DNA of 64,000 nucleotides from a virus: positions 64,001 to 128,000 of IMG/VR virus record IMGVR_UViG_3300009506_000001. One strand, given 5' to 3'. Below are positions 46,980-56,497 of the stretch, piece by piece. Made by a program: the position numbers and the translations under genes. The notes below the pieces were generated by a model. The model ran no database searches. It was given only the letters and a program-made list of their open reading frames with translations, and was not told the origin of the DNA. The first letter of the stretch is position 1. Every line of letters begins with the position of its first letter.

Positions 46980-49535
46980 ATGTCTAACGACACTATCTTT
47001 GAGGATTCCTTTTCGGAAGAAGTATGGAGCACTACGTATAAAGACCACAACGACAAAACGATCGATGATACATTAAGAAGGGTTGCAACAGCTGCAGCAA
47101 GTGTCGAAAAGAACAAGGCATTGAGAGAGGAATGGGCAGACAATTTCTATGACATGCTAAGTGGCTTCAAGACCACATCTGGTGGTCGCATCTATTCGAA
47201 CGCTGGTACTGAATGGAAAGGCACTACCCTAATGAATTGTTTTGTTGCCCCTCGTGGTACTCGTGACATTGACTCTCTTGAGAACATCATTAAGAACGTC
47301 CGCAATCAGTCCTTCACGTTGAAATCTGAAGGTGGTTGGGGTGAGAACTTTTCGTACATCCGGCCTCGTGGTGCATTCATTCATGGCATCGGCGTTGAGA
47401 CGCCGGGAGCTGTCAAGTACATGGAAATGTTTGACAAGTCCTCCGAGATCATCACTTCCGGTTCTGGCAAGAAGTCGAAGAACAAGAAGGCCAAAGGCAA
47501 GATTCGTAAAGGGGCAATGATGGGCGTGCTTGATGTTTGGCATCCTGACATTGTCGAGTTCATCACTGCGAAACAGCAGCCTGGACGCCTCACGAAGTTC
47601 AACGTTTCTGTTAACTGCACAGATGAATTCATGAACAAGGTCCTTCGAGTTCTTGAAATGAAAAAGGCTGGTATGTCGGAGGTTGAAATCGAAGCCGAAG
47701 ACCAGTGGTTGTTGCGTTTCCCTGATACACGTCACGAGAAGTACCGCACACAGTGGACAGGTAACCTTGCACAGTGGGAAGCCAAAGGATTCGATGTTGA
47801 AGTCTACAATACAGTTTCTGCGTTGTGGCTTTGGAATCTCATTATGGAATCCACATACAACCGTGCCGAGCCAGGCGTTCTCTTCCTCGACCGTGCAAAC
47901 CATTTTGGTCCTCTAAACTACGCCGAGACAATCGTCGCTACTAATCCTTGTGGTGAGCAGACACTTGCCGCTGGTGGGGTTTGTAATCTTGGTTCCGTTA
48001 ATCTGACACAGTTCATCAACAAGGACCGTACAGGATTCAACCTGCGAGCTATTCGAAAGACTGTCCGCTCGATGAACCGCTTCCTAGACAACATCAACGA
48101 TCTTTCCGACGCCCCGCTTCCTGAGTATGTGGACTCGATGCGTAAAAAGCGTCGTGTTGGTATTGGCATTTTGGGTTGGGGCTCTGCTCTATTCATGCTA
48201 AAGGTCCGCTTTGGTTCTGAGCGTGCAACTGAACTTCGTGAGCAGGTTATGCGAACGATTGCACGTGAAGCATATATGTCTTCCATTGACCTTGCCGAAG
48301 AGAAGGGAATGTTTGAATACTGCGAACCTGAGAAACATGCAGAAGGTGTATTTGTCAATAGCCTTGAACTCCCTGCTGAGTATATGGACAAGCTTCGTAC
48401 AACAGGCATTCGCAACAGCTCGCTGCTTTCGATTCAGCCAACAGGCAATACCTCGATTCTTGCTAATGTTGTTTCTGGTGGCCTTGAGCCAATCTTCATG
48501 CCCGAGTATGTTCGTACGGTTATTGTCAACACAATGCCCGAAGAGATCGCTGACGTCTGTCCAAAGTGGTACGAGGGCGAATGGAAGGAGACTTCCATGT
48601 TCAAGTTTACCAAAGAAGGCGATGAAGAAATCCTCAAGGGTAAGCACAACGGTATCACATACAAGATCGACAAGAATCGTGGTCTGACAAAAGAAGTTCT
48701 TTGTCAGGATTACGGAGTGCGTTGGTTGACTGCTCGTGGTGAGTGGGATCCAAACGCCGAATGGGCGGTCACAACTCTGAACATGACAGTGCAGGATCAC
48801 GTCAACGATGTGAAAGGTTTTGCTCGTTGGGTTGATAGTGCTATGTCAAAGACGGTCAACGTTCCACACGATTACTCGTTTGAGAAGTTCAAGGACATTT
48901 ATCTGGACACGTTCGCAAGTGGCTTCGTGAAGGGTGTTACTACATATCGCTCTGGTACAATGACAACCGTGCTTTCCGCTAAGGATGAGAAAGACGCAGA
49001 CGCATCTGATGAAGAGATTATCAAGGAAGATGTCAAGCTGCCTGACTCTGCACCTGCTGTTATGAAGACACTTCGTGCAGAGGGCCGCAAGTGGTATCTA
49101 ACAGTTGTGTACCATGAAGATAATCCAGATCGTCCTTTTGCTTTGTTCGTTAAGACAAACTCTCCAGAGAAGAGCATCGTATCCGATGAGGCTGTTGATC
49201 TTTTGATGGCCCTCGCACGCAAGAAGAGGATTCCAAAGCGTCACCGTGATGATGTAGAGTCCAAGATGGTTCACGACACAAACTCAAGCAAAGTTGCCCG
49301 TTTAATCAGCTTCTTGCTACGCCACGGTGTCCTGATCAAGAACATCGTCGCTACACTTGACAAGTGTGAGAGTGCGTATGTTGGTACATTCGCATTCCAA
49401 ATACGTAAGTTCTTGTCCACCTACATCAAAGACGGAGAGACGGTTGAAGATGAAAAATGTCAGGAGTGTGGTGGGCAGGTTATATATTCTGAAGGTTGTT
49501 TCAAGTGTGCAAATTGTGGAACGTCTCGCTGCTAA
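46980..49535 (+). CDS. nrdJ: Class II (B12-dependent) ribonucleotide reductase
   Basis: TNPCGEQ, CNLGSVNL, IQPTG, SKTVN, C-terminal domain with Zn ribbon; no ATP cone and no beta subunit nearby. Confidence 0.88.
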   Translation: MSNDTIFEDSFSEEVWSTTYKDHNDKTIDDTLRRVATAAASVEKNKALREEWADNFYDMLSGFKTTSGGRIYSNAGTEWKGTTLMNCFVAPRGTRDIDSLENIIKNVRNQSFTLKSEGGWGENFSYIRPRGAFIHGIGVETPGAVKYMEMFDKSSEIITSGSGKKSKNKKAKGKIRKGAMMGVLDVWHPDIVEFITAKQQPGRLTKFNVSVNCTDEFMNKVLRVLEMKKAGMSEVEIEAEDQWLLRFPDTRHEKYRTQWTGNLAQWEAKGFDVEVYNTVSALWLWNLIMESTYNRAEPGVLFLDRANHFGPLNYAETIVATNPCGEQTLAAGGVCNLGSVNLTQFINKDRTGFNLRAIRKTVRSMNRFLDNINDLSDAPLPEYVDSMRKKRRVGIGILGWGSALFMLKVRFGSERATELREQVMRTIAREAYMSSIDLAEEKGMFEYCEPEKHAEGVFVNSLELPAEYMDKLRTTGIRNSSLLSIQPTGNTSILANVVSGGLEPIFMPEYVRTVIVNTMPEEIADVCPKWYEGEWKETSMFKFTKEGDEEILKGKHNGITYKIDKNRGLTKEVLCQDYGVRWLTARGEWDPNAEWAVTTLNMTVQDHVNDVKGFARWVDSAMSKTVNVPHDYSFEKFKDIYLDTFASGFVKGVTTYRSGTMTTVLSAKDEKDADASDEEIIKEDVKLPDSAPAVMKTLRAEGRKWYLTVVYHEDNPDRPFALFVKTNSPEKSIVSDEAVDLLMALARKKRIPKRHRDDVESKMVHDTNSSKVARLISFLLRHGVLIKNIVATLDKCESAYVGTFAFQIRKFLSTYIKDGETVEDEKCQECGGQVIYSEGCFKCANCGTSRC

Positions 49536-49570
49536 ATGTAAGTTGTTAGAAACACCTTATAAATAGTGGT

Positions 49571-50305
49571 ATGGAAAGAAATTACTATGTATATCTGCTA
49601 TGTGACCCTCGTGTCCCTTTTCGACACGATTCGGTGAAAACAAAATTTCAACCGTTTTATGTTGGGAAGGGAAAGGGCAACAGGTACCAAAAACATCTGT
49701 ATGAAACGGAAAGCAGTCACACAAATGATTCAAAGTTTGATACAATTCAGTCTATATTACAGGAGGGGTTGTTGGTCAATTGTGAAATATTCCGTGAAAA
49801 TCTAACCGAGCATGAAGCATATGAACTGGAAGAAGAAATTATCTTTTTGCTTGGTCGTGAACGGGATGGTGGTATTCTTACAAATATAGCTTTCGGCGGT
49901 CGTTCGCCATCGGCACTTCCTGAGGTACGTAGGAAAATTGGAAATGCAAATCGAGGTAGAAAACAATCTGAGGAACATATTCAAAAACGAGTAGAAAAGA
50001 ATACAGGACAGAAAAGGACAAAAGAGCAAAGAAAGCGTATTCAACAAGCGACCGTTGGAATAAAAAGAACTAAAGAAGCTCGTAGAAATATTCAACGGGC
50101 GGCACGAAATAGAAGTCAAGAGCATAATCAACACATTTCGAACTCATTGAAGGGTAGAAGTATTCCCGAAAGTGTTAGAGAAAAAATTAGTCAAACGCTA
50201 AAAGGCAAAGCAAAGCCCAAACGTTGTTGCCCCCACTGCGGTATAGTTTGTGCCCACAATGTCCTCAAGCGATTTCATATGGATAATTGTAAGTGCAAAA
50301 AGTAA
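49571..50305 (+). mobile_element. Free-standing GIY-YIG homing endonuclease with NUMOD3-like repeats
   Basis: YYVYLL...FYVGKG..R catalytic motif, repeated (H/S)xExRxKIS...KG units, exact TATAAATA just upstream. Confidence 0.85.
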
Positions 50306-50388
50306 AACACGAAAGGCAAAACTTTTCTACAGATAATAAGGTCCCTCCCGTCAACCTCTGGTCATACCATTTATTTTTGAATGCGGTG

Positions 50389-50418
50389 TTGACCAGAGGT
50401 TCGACTTCATTGTATAGT
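50389..50418 (+). promoter_or_regulatory. Sigma70-like promoter TTGACC-18-TATAGT
   Basis: Boxes 7 nt upstream of ATG 50426. Confidence 0.6.
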
Positions 50419-50425
50419 ATACGTA

Positions 50426-50605
50426 ATGGATGACCTTTGTAAAGCACTGGCACTAATAACAGGAGGGTTCTTTTCTGTTACCCTTATTGCTCTTGGTGTT
50501 CAGATCTGGAAGATTCCCAACCATGTTTGGGAGAAGGCTCGTCAGGAGCTACTGGAACGACGCAAGATTGCTCGTGATATTGTGCAATTTTTTGAAAACA
50601 AGTAG
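50426..50605 (+). CDS. Small membrane protein (59 aa, not in ORF track)
   Basis: MDDLCKALALITGGFFSVTLIALGVQIWKIP..., single TM segment, fills the gap after the promoter. Confidence 0.55.
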   Translation: MDDLCKALALITGGFFSVTLIALGVQIWKIPNHVWEKARQELLERRKIARDIVQFFENK

Positions 50606-50616
50606 TAAATACTTGT

Positions 50617-50853
50617 ATGCACCTTCAGGAAATCATAAATTACGAGAAGCCTTATGCTTTAATGATTGATGGTAAACTAAAAAAGACGTTTGCCGCACAA
50701 TCACAGGCTATTGACGCTGCTCCAAAGGACGGTTCATGGAAGATCGTCGACACAGTTAGGAATACTGTGGTTGCTACTGCACGAAACATGGAGTATTCCC
50801 CTGAAGACGTGCTAAAGGATCTGCAAACTCGTGCAGCCACGGCGGGGGATTAA
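50617..50853 (+). CDS. Hypothetical late protein
   Basis: TAAATA at 50606; MHLQEII leader. Confidence 0.55.
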   Translation: MHLQEIINYEKPYALMIDGKLKKTFAAQSQAIDAAPKDGSWKIVDTVRNTVVATARNMEYSPEDVLKDLQTRAATAGD

Positions 50854-51414
50854 ATGAAGCTTTCTGACATAATCAATGCCGAACTAAGTCTCTACAATTC
50901 CCTTGGTAAAAAAGGCGGCACAGCTCTGCCTTATCACGGGAAAGAGACCACTATTGATGGCATCACAGTGTGGCAACGCAAGAACCTGAAAGAGTCACTG
51001 AAACCAGGTGATTCCGTCACAGCAAGCAGTCCAGGCAAGAAAACGAAGAAAGTAATGGTTCGTAAAGTGGGCAACAGTTCGATCGAGACGATCGATGATG
51101 AAGGCAACCATAAACTATACAACAAGCAAGGTAAGTTGAAAGTTGGTGCCATTCACTACAAGAACATGCACACTGGTATACGATCTGAGGGTACTTCTGG
51201 TGTTGGCCCTGCTGGATTAGCGGGAGCAAACCAACACACCGGAACCGGTCCGTCTGAGTTGGAGTACGATCTTTCAAAGGTTGACGATGAGTTCAAGGGT
51301 AAGGATACTCGTGCAGACATAAAGAAATCAAAAGATAAACGTATAACCCTAAAACAATTTTTGGATAAGAGGACAGACCGTGAGACTGAACGAGTTACGG
51401 CCGGAGCAAGATAA
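50854..51414 (+). CDS. Hypothetical basic protein, putative internal head protein
   Basis: MKLSDIINAE leader; coupled to neighbours. Confidence 0.55.
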   Translation: MKLSDIINAELSLYNSLGKKGGTALPYHGKETTIDGITVWQRKNLKESLKPGDSVTASSPGKKTKKVMVRKVGNSSIETIDDEGNHKLYNKQGKLKVGAIHYKNMHTGIRSEGTSGVGPAGLAGANQHTGTGPSELEYDLSKVDDEFKGKDTRADIKKSKDKRITLKQFLDKRTDRETERVTAGAR

Positions 51415-51919
51415 CGATCAACAATACAAAATTTTCGTAGACATGGATGGCGTGCTCGCTGATTTCGACAAAGGAGTCAGTGAGAAGATGGGAAAGAAGC
51501 TAGACCAACGACAGTACGATACAGATCCGAAGTATCGCAGCAAGATGTGGAGATGGGTCACAAATTACTCCAAAAGGGGTGGCAAACTTTGGTACGAATT
51601 GCCGCTAATGCCCGACGCCATGCAACTCTGGAACTATGTCAAAAAGTTCAACCCCCAAATCTTAACCGCTCAGGGTAACCCCGAATACGGCGCCGAACCG
51701 CAAAAACGCAAATGGATTGCGGAGAAAATTGGCTCGAACGTCCCTGTTTTAGTCACGCAGAAATCACGAGAGAAGGCTCAATACGCCGCTCCAAATCATA
51801 TCCTTATTGATGATCGGAAGAAGGCTATTGGACCGTGGAGAGAAGCAGGTGGTATCGGCATTTTGCATACCAGTGCTGCTGACACAATCAAGCAACTAAA
51901 GGAACTAGGAATCGAATGA
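51380..51919 (+). CDS. HAD-family 5'(3')-deoxyribonucleotidase-like protein
   Basis: DMDGVLADF, ILT, K, and ILIDDR HAD motifs. Confidence 0.88.
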   Translation: MRLNELRPEQDNDQQYKIFVDMDGVLADFDKGVSEKMGKKLDQRQYDTDPKYRSKMWRWVTNYSKRGGKLWYELPLMPDAMQLWNYVKKFNPQILTAQGNPEYGAEPQKRKWIAEKIGSNVPVLVTQKSREKAQYAAPNHILIDDRKKAIGPWREAGGIGILHTSAADTIKQLKELGIE

Positions 51920-52044
51920 TCTGTGACCAGTGTTACAAGACGATGAAATTTGTTTCGAACACAAAGAAATGGTTATGCCCTTGCTGCGGATTGACAGTTG
52001 CATCCGCACACAAGGACCCTAAACCAAAAGACCAAAAGGATTAA
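51916..52044 (+). CDS. 42-aa zinc-ribbon protein (not in ORF track)
   Basis: MICDQC...WLCPCCG; ATGA overlap with the upstream stop. Confidence 0.5.
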   Translation: MICDQCYKTMKFVSNTKKWLCPCCGLTVASAHKDPKPKDQKD

Positions 52045-52307
52045 TACTCGTCGTCGAATATACGGCCGCTTGAGTGAGGGTGAGCCATGCCGCTCCATCC
52101 CTCTTCTTCCACCTGAGCCGCGGCCCATTCGGCCAGCGTAGCATACTCTTTCATCGCTACAGGATCATACACTCGACCCGACTTGGAGTCGGGGTCTTCG
52201 AAAAACTCAATGCCGTAAAGATCCTGCAACTCCCTTGCGGAGAGGTGCTGAATGTCGTGATCGATTGAATTGGCCTCGTGTGCCTGTACGTAATGCTGTC
52301 TACTCAT
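52041..52307 (-). CDS. Hypothetical protein
   Basis: 88-aa ORF at the end of a - strand operon. Confidence 0.55.
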   Translation of the reverse strand: MSRQHYVQAHEANSIDHDIQHLSARELQDLYGIEFFEDPDSKSGRVYDPVAMKEYATLAEWAAAQVEEEGWSGMAHPHSSGRIFDDEY

Positions 52308-52311
52308 ATTG

Positions 52312-52680
52312 CTATACCTTTATTAAGAGCACTCCAAGTATGATAAGGTTTAGGGCAACCGAACCAAATAAGGCATATTTAAGAGTGTCTATGTTGCGAC
52401 GAAAACGGTTGATCGTGTTGTTCATGTTCTCGTCTGTGTTCGCTGCAAACTGCTGAAGAGCAGTGTACAGCTGATCAGTGTCTTCACGTGTCTCTTTCAG
52501 GTCACGTTCGACATCCTGTTTGTGAGTCGTGGATTGCTCAAGGATATAGTTGAGCGAATCCAGAATAACTTTCTGGCCTTCGTCCAAGTCCTCAACGGCA
52601 TTGTTCAGCTCGCCAATGATGAAGTCTTGTTGGCTCTGTAACAGCTTTTTTAATTCCGGGTCGTCACCAAAGTTTCTCAT
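52312..52680 (-). CDS. Coiled-coil protein with C-terminal TM anchor
   Basis: Heptad-like body, hydrophobic C-terminus. Confidence 0.6.
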   Translation of the reverse strand: MRNFGDDPELKKLLQSQQDFIIGELNNAVEDLDEGQKVILDSLNYILEQSTTHKQDVERDLKETREDTDQLYTALQQFAANTDENMNNTINRFRRNIDTLKYALFGSVALNLIILGVLLIKV

Positions 52681-52946
52681 TTGCCTTTACTCAAAAGTTT
52701 TTCAGTCGTGTCCCATTCGATGCAGGCCATGTGGTAGTCGTGCAGGGCATCGACACCAAATTTGTGTTGCGTAATGTGTTCGATAATACGATCACGTTTC
52801 GCATTCATGACCAAGGTGTGGGGAAGGTCTTCATTCAGAATCCGATACTTGCCTCTCAACGTTTTCGTGTCGAGCAAGGAAAGCTGGAACATGTAGTGAC
52901 CGATCTCACCAAATTTTTCGGCGTGGATCGAAGTTGATTCAGGCAT
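52677..52946 (-). CDS. Hypothetical protein
   Basis: 89-aa ORF overlapping neighbours. Confidence 0.55.
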   Translation of the reverse strand: MPESTSIHAEKFGEIGHYMFQLSLLDTKTLRGKYRILNEDLPHTLVMNAKRDRIIEHITQHKFGVDALHDYHMACIEWDTTEKLLSKGK

Positions 52947-54255
52947 AGTACCCTTTGTTGTATTTCCTCAAAATTTCTCGAAGTTCAGTAACGTATATCT
53001 TACTACGTTCGGCAGACTTTGACAACAACATTTTATAGTGCTTCATCAAGTCTTTAGCGTCAGCGAGCTTGGCCTCCGTCTTCATCTTCTCCTGTTCTGT
53101 GAACCGATAAACAGGGAGGTCAGCTATGTAATCGATGTGGACAATTCCAAACTCTTCGAGCAACGATTTCAGCTCAGCACGTGACTGGGTCTTTTTGGCC
53201 AACCCAGCAACGTTTTTCTGGATTGCCAAAAGTACGTCCAAGTACTTCTGAATGTCGATTTCGAGTAGTTTGGCAAGTCGTTCATACCGCTTCTTATACC
53301 ATGACAACCGCCAATCAGTGAAGTCCTGTACGACTTGTACATAGTCGGACGCAATAACACGCTCACCATCAAAGTCCAACAGGTTCATGTTTTCGTTTGC
53401 AGTGGCAGACAATTTTAACATGCTGAACACTTTATCTAGATTGGAGGTCAGCGCACCTCGTTTGAATTTGACAACGATGTCGTACTTGTCTTTAGAGTTG
53501 TCCTCGAAGTCAACGATAGAGCCCTTTTCTTCGAGCTTCATTAGGTGATCGACAAACTTCTCGTGGCTTGCACCATAAGGAAGCTGTGTGATACGAAGTG
53601 TCGTCGCATTGACTTGCTCAGCCTCACCAAAGAACTCCCACTTGTTCCCATCAACGTGCTCAACAATACTACTCGTTGGATAGAAAGCAGGAAACTTCTC
53701 TTGAAATTTCTTGCCTTGAAGGTGCTTGATCTGGTCTTCGATAATGTCTTCCAATGCACGTGGAAGAATATTGGAAGCAAAGCCGACGGCGATACCCTCA
53801 CTTGGGTTCAACAAAGCAACTGGAATAAGTGGCAAAAAGTGAACTGGTTCCTCAAGCGTTCCGTCATAGTTATCTTGCATCGGAACCAATTCAATATCGG
53901 CAAAGACAACGTCTTTTGTAAAATCTGATACCTTAACGGAGGTGTAACGAGAAGCACCATAAGCAGTTGGATTAAGCAGCGTGCCAAACGCTCCATCGCC
54001 ATGAAGCAATGGAATGTTGTTCCCATAAGGAGCAGCCAGAGTATTGATTGCACCCTCGGGCTGAGCGTGTGGATGAATCGGCATTGTTGCACCAGCGAGG
54101 GTAGCACTTTTATATTTCTTGCCGTCTCGTGCAATCCACAATACACGACGCTGTGCAGCCTTCAATCCATCGGCGATTGCTGGAATGGCTCGCATTTGCA
54201 ATACGTAGAGTGAATACTCTCTGCGCTGCTCATTTACATAACTACTGTTGCTCAT
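52939..54255 (-). CDS. Type II topoisomerase, GyrA/gp52-like subunit
   Basis: RAIPAIADGLKAAQRR, HPH and ASRYT (catalytic Tyr); likely start MSNSSY at 54255. Confidence 0.92.
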   Translation of the reverse strand: MSNSSYVNEQRREYSLYVLQMRAIPAIADGLKAAQRRVLWIARDGKKYKSATLAGATMPIHPHAQPEGAINTLAAPYGNNIPLLHGDGAFGTLLNPTAYGASRYTSVKVSDFTKDVVFADIELVPMQDNYDGTLEEPVHFLPLIPVALLNPSEGIAVGFASNILPRALEDIIEDQIKHLQGKKFQEKFPAFYPTSSIVEHVDGNKWEFFGEAEQVNATTLRITQLPYGASHEKFVDHLMKLEEKGSIVDFEDNSKDKYDIVVKFKRGALTSNLDKVFSMLKLSATANENMNLLDFDGERVIASDYVQVVQDFTDWRLSWYKKRYERLAKLLEIDIQKYLDVLLAIQKNVAGLAKKTQSRAELKSLLEEFGIVHIDYIADLPVYRFTEQEKMKTEAKLADAKDLMKHYKMLLSKSAERSKIYVTELREILRKYNKGYYA

Positions 54256-54577
54256 CTTCTCTTTGCTTCCGCTTTTCTTCCCATCGATCTCGTTTTCGTT
54301 GAATCTGTGCAGCATTTCGGTCCATTTGCTCCGCCAGCGTGACTTCATGTCGACACGATCCACACAAACTGTATTCGCTAAGGACGGTGAAAGAGCCAAA
54401 TTTCGGTTCAAATGTGCGGTACGGTACTTCCACCTTACGTCGTTTTGAAATAAGTTTGCCACCAACGCACATGGGGCACAGCTGATCTGTACGCTCACGA
54501 TTTTTAGGTGCCTTTCTCGTCCTTGGCTTATTTTCTTTGAGTGGCTCGGGTCCTTTTTTTGGTTTGTCTAATAGCAT
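54242..54577 (-). CDS. YgiT/MqsA-type zinc finger protein
   Basis: CPMCVGG...CGSCRHE followed by a helix; no HTH. Confidence 0.6.
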   Translation of the reverse strand: MLLDKPKKGPEPLKENKPRTRKAPKNRERTDQLCPMCVGGKLISKRRKVEVPYRTFEPKFGSFTVLSEYSLCGSCRHEVTLAEQMDRNAAQIQRKRDRWEEKRKQREDEQQ

Positions 54578-54578
54578 T

Positions 54579-54758
54579 TTACTTTCCTTTGTTATTCTCG
54601 TGCCAGATCAAACTGCACTGTGGGCTACAGTAAACGTGTTCGATCTTTTGCGTTTGTTGGTCCTTTTTATAATATTTAGGCACCATGTTCCGCATGTCAA
54701 AAAATGCACTTCCTGGTCCAAAAGTCTTCCCACATTGCTGGCACTTAAACGTCTGCAT
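54579..54758 (-). CDS. 59-aa zinc-finger protein (not in ORF track)
   Basis: MQTFKCQQCGK...YCSPQC; fills the operon gap. Confidence 0.6.
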   Translation of the reverse strand: MQTFKCQQCGKTFGPGSAFFDMRNMVPKYYKKDQQTQKIEHVYCSPQCSLIWHENNKGK

Positions 54759-55092
54759 CCTTTTCGGCCTTGGCTACCGCATCATCAAGTACTTCGCTCA
54801 TGCTTGCCCCACCGTTGTACCACGACATGAAATACTCAATGCGTCCGTCGGGATGTTTAGTGGCCTCAACGAATCCATATGGGTCAACCTCTTGATCTTG
54901 TATTTCGTAGATAGTGTCACCACGAATATACGCAGAACGGTAGCCTCTGTCCTGCAAAACCTCAACCCACGAATCATAGTCGTCCAGTTTATACCCAAGC
55001 AACCGACAAGCGTCCTGTGCTCGTTCTTCGAGCGTTGCACCTTTCAGCGACATCGGCACTAGTGTGCCTTTATGTGTTTCCATCTCACTCAT
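54745..55092 (-). CDS. Hypothetical protein
   Basis: Likely start MSEMETH overlapping the upstream stop. Confidence 0.55.
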   Translation of the reverse strand: MSEMETHKGTLVPMSLKGATLEERAQDACRLLGYKLDDYDSWVEVLQDRGYRSAYIRGDTIYEIQDQEVDPYGFVEATKHPDGRIEYFMSWYNGGASMSEVLDDAVAKAEKDADV

Positions 55093-55582
55093 TGTCTTTT
55101 GCCTCTTGGAAGCGTTCATCCTCTGGATCGTTTTCTCTTAACTCCATAAAGAGAATTGTTGCTTCTCGCTCAGTAAATTTGTAGTGAGCAAGCAGTTCAT
55201 AAGTCTCCCATGCGTCATATTCGTAACCACAGTCCGTCCAGTACTTTTCACCGAACGTCTTAGCCCCAAAAGTTAATCGATACACACCTGGCTGGCTTAC
55301 ATCCATTTCGGAGGTGTCTTGCAGGTTCAGGTGCCCAGTAACTTCGGTTGGTAGAATGTCTGACGGTGATACATTATCAACACACTCAGAAAAATAGAAG
55401 GCCGAATTCATATCACCAATCATGGTGAGATAGCTAGAATCCAAAATGTCTGGATCTTCCGGGTATCGTAGATCGACAATAAACTCGACAATGTAGTGCC
55501 ACTTGGTCTTGTTGGTAGCTGGGTTTTCCTCGGGCTCCATCTTGGATAGCCTCTTGAAGAGGTCACGTTCGGATTCACTCAT
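55085..55582 (-). CDS. Hypothetical protein
   Basis: 165-aa acidic ORF in operon. Confidence 0.55.
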   Translation of the reverse strand: MSESERDLFKRLSKMEPEENPATNKTKWHYIVEFIVDLRYPEDPDILDSSYLTMIGDMNSAFYFSECVDNVSPSDILPTEVTGHLNLQDTSEMDVSQPGVYRLTFGAKTFGEKYWTDCGYEYDAWETYELLAHYKFTEREATILFMELRENDPEDERFQEAKDNE

Positions 55583-56255
55583 AATGATATAATCTCATCT
55601 TTGCATCTTGAATAAGTCGTTGAAGGTTAACGGGTCTGTAGTTGTGTAATTCGCAGCATACGTTAATATGCAGCGGATGTCCAGAGACAGCGTTGGGATA
55701 TGCGTGCAAGTGTCCGTGGATGTTCACCCAAGGATATGGGATGTTGTCCATTGGATAATGGGTCAACAACAATCCAACTTCGGGTGTCTCAATCGGGTAC
55801 ACGAGATGAATCTCATCAAAGTTCAGCTTCAGAGGTCTCTTTTTCCGATGGAAATCGTGGTTGCCAAGAATGAGAATCTTGTAACCATTGCATCGATCTA
55901 GTAGTTCGTTGATCTTGGTTTCACTTGCAAATCCAACATCGCCCACCCAAATGCTAATGTCATCGGGCTCAACGTACTCGTTGTGGCTAAGAATCAGCGT
56001 TTCGTTCATCTCCTCTACATTTAGAAAGGGGCGATCGCTAAAGTCAATGATATTCTTGTGGTAGAAGTGCAGGTCGCTCCAGACCCACACCTCTCTACCT
56101 GCTAACGAAACCTGATCCTCTTTCAGGTAAATGACACGATCAAGTGCCTCCCATTTCTGAGGATGTCGAACACGAGGACGAGGACCTCCACCGTAGTTCA
56201 CGATCTTGGTGAGGTCCTCGATGTACAACTGATGTAGGCAATCAATCTCGGACAT
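55575..56255 (-). CDS. Calcineurin-like metallophosphoesterase
   Basis: SDLH, VGD, GNHD, TH and HGHLH motifs. Confidence 0.9.
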   Translation of the reverse strand: MSEIDCLHQLYIEDLTKIVNYGGGPRPRVRHPQKWEALDRVIYLKEDQVSLAGREVWVWSDLHFYHKNIIDFSDRPFLNVEEMNETLILSHNEYVEPDDISIWVGDVGFASETKINELLDRCNGYKILILGNHDFHRKKRPLKLNFDEIHLVYPIETPEVGLLLTHYPMDNIPYPWVNIHGHLHAYPNAVSGHPLHINVCCELHNYRPVNLQRLIQDAKMRLYHYE

Positions 56256-56497
56256 TAGAATGGCCTTGGACGCTCCATTAACATTTGAGTGTTACCGGTA
56301 TTGGCAAGAGTTAGCTCGCCAATCAAAATGATCAACTCCGTAACCTGCTTTGGTGTCAAAAGGACATCTTCGTCTTCCTTTGCCGCTGCGATCATCCCAG
56401 ACAACAGCCGGGTCTTTGCCTGAATGTTGTTCAGTAATTCGAAGTGTCTCATAATATCATCGTTAATCATCTTGTAACCACCTTTTCCGAACATCAC
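56255..56497 (-). CDS. Hypothetical protein (start uncertain)
   Basis: ORF in operon downstream of the topoisomerase B-type subunit. Confidence 0.5.
   Translation of the reverse strand: MMFGKGGYKMINDDIMRHFELLNNIQAKTRLLSGMIAAAKEDEDVLLTPKQVTELIILIGELTLANTGNTQMLMERPRPF

Noticed and set aside
29316-49535. Inteins or introns in the DNA polymerase, helicase or RNR
   Set aside because: Lengths are normal, motifs are contiguous and no splicing motifs were seen
54256-54498. N-terminal extension of the GyrA-like subunit in the ORF track
   Set aside because: It overlaps the better-supported zinc-finger ORF, and homology begins at about MSNSSY (54255)
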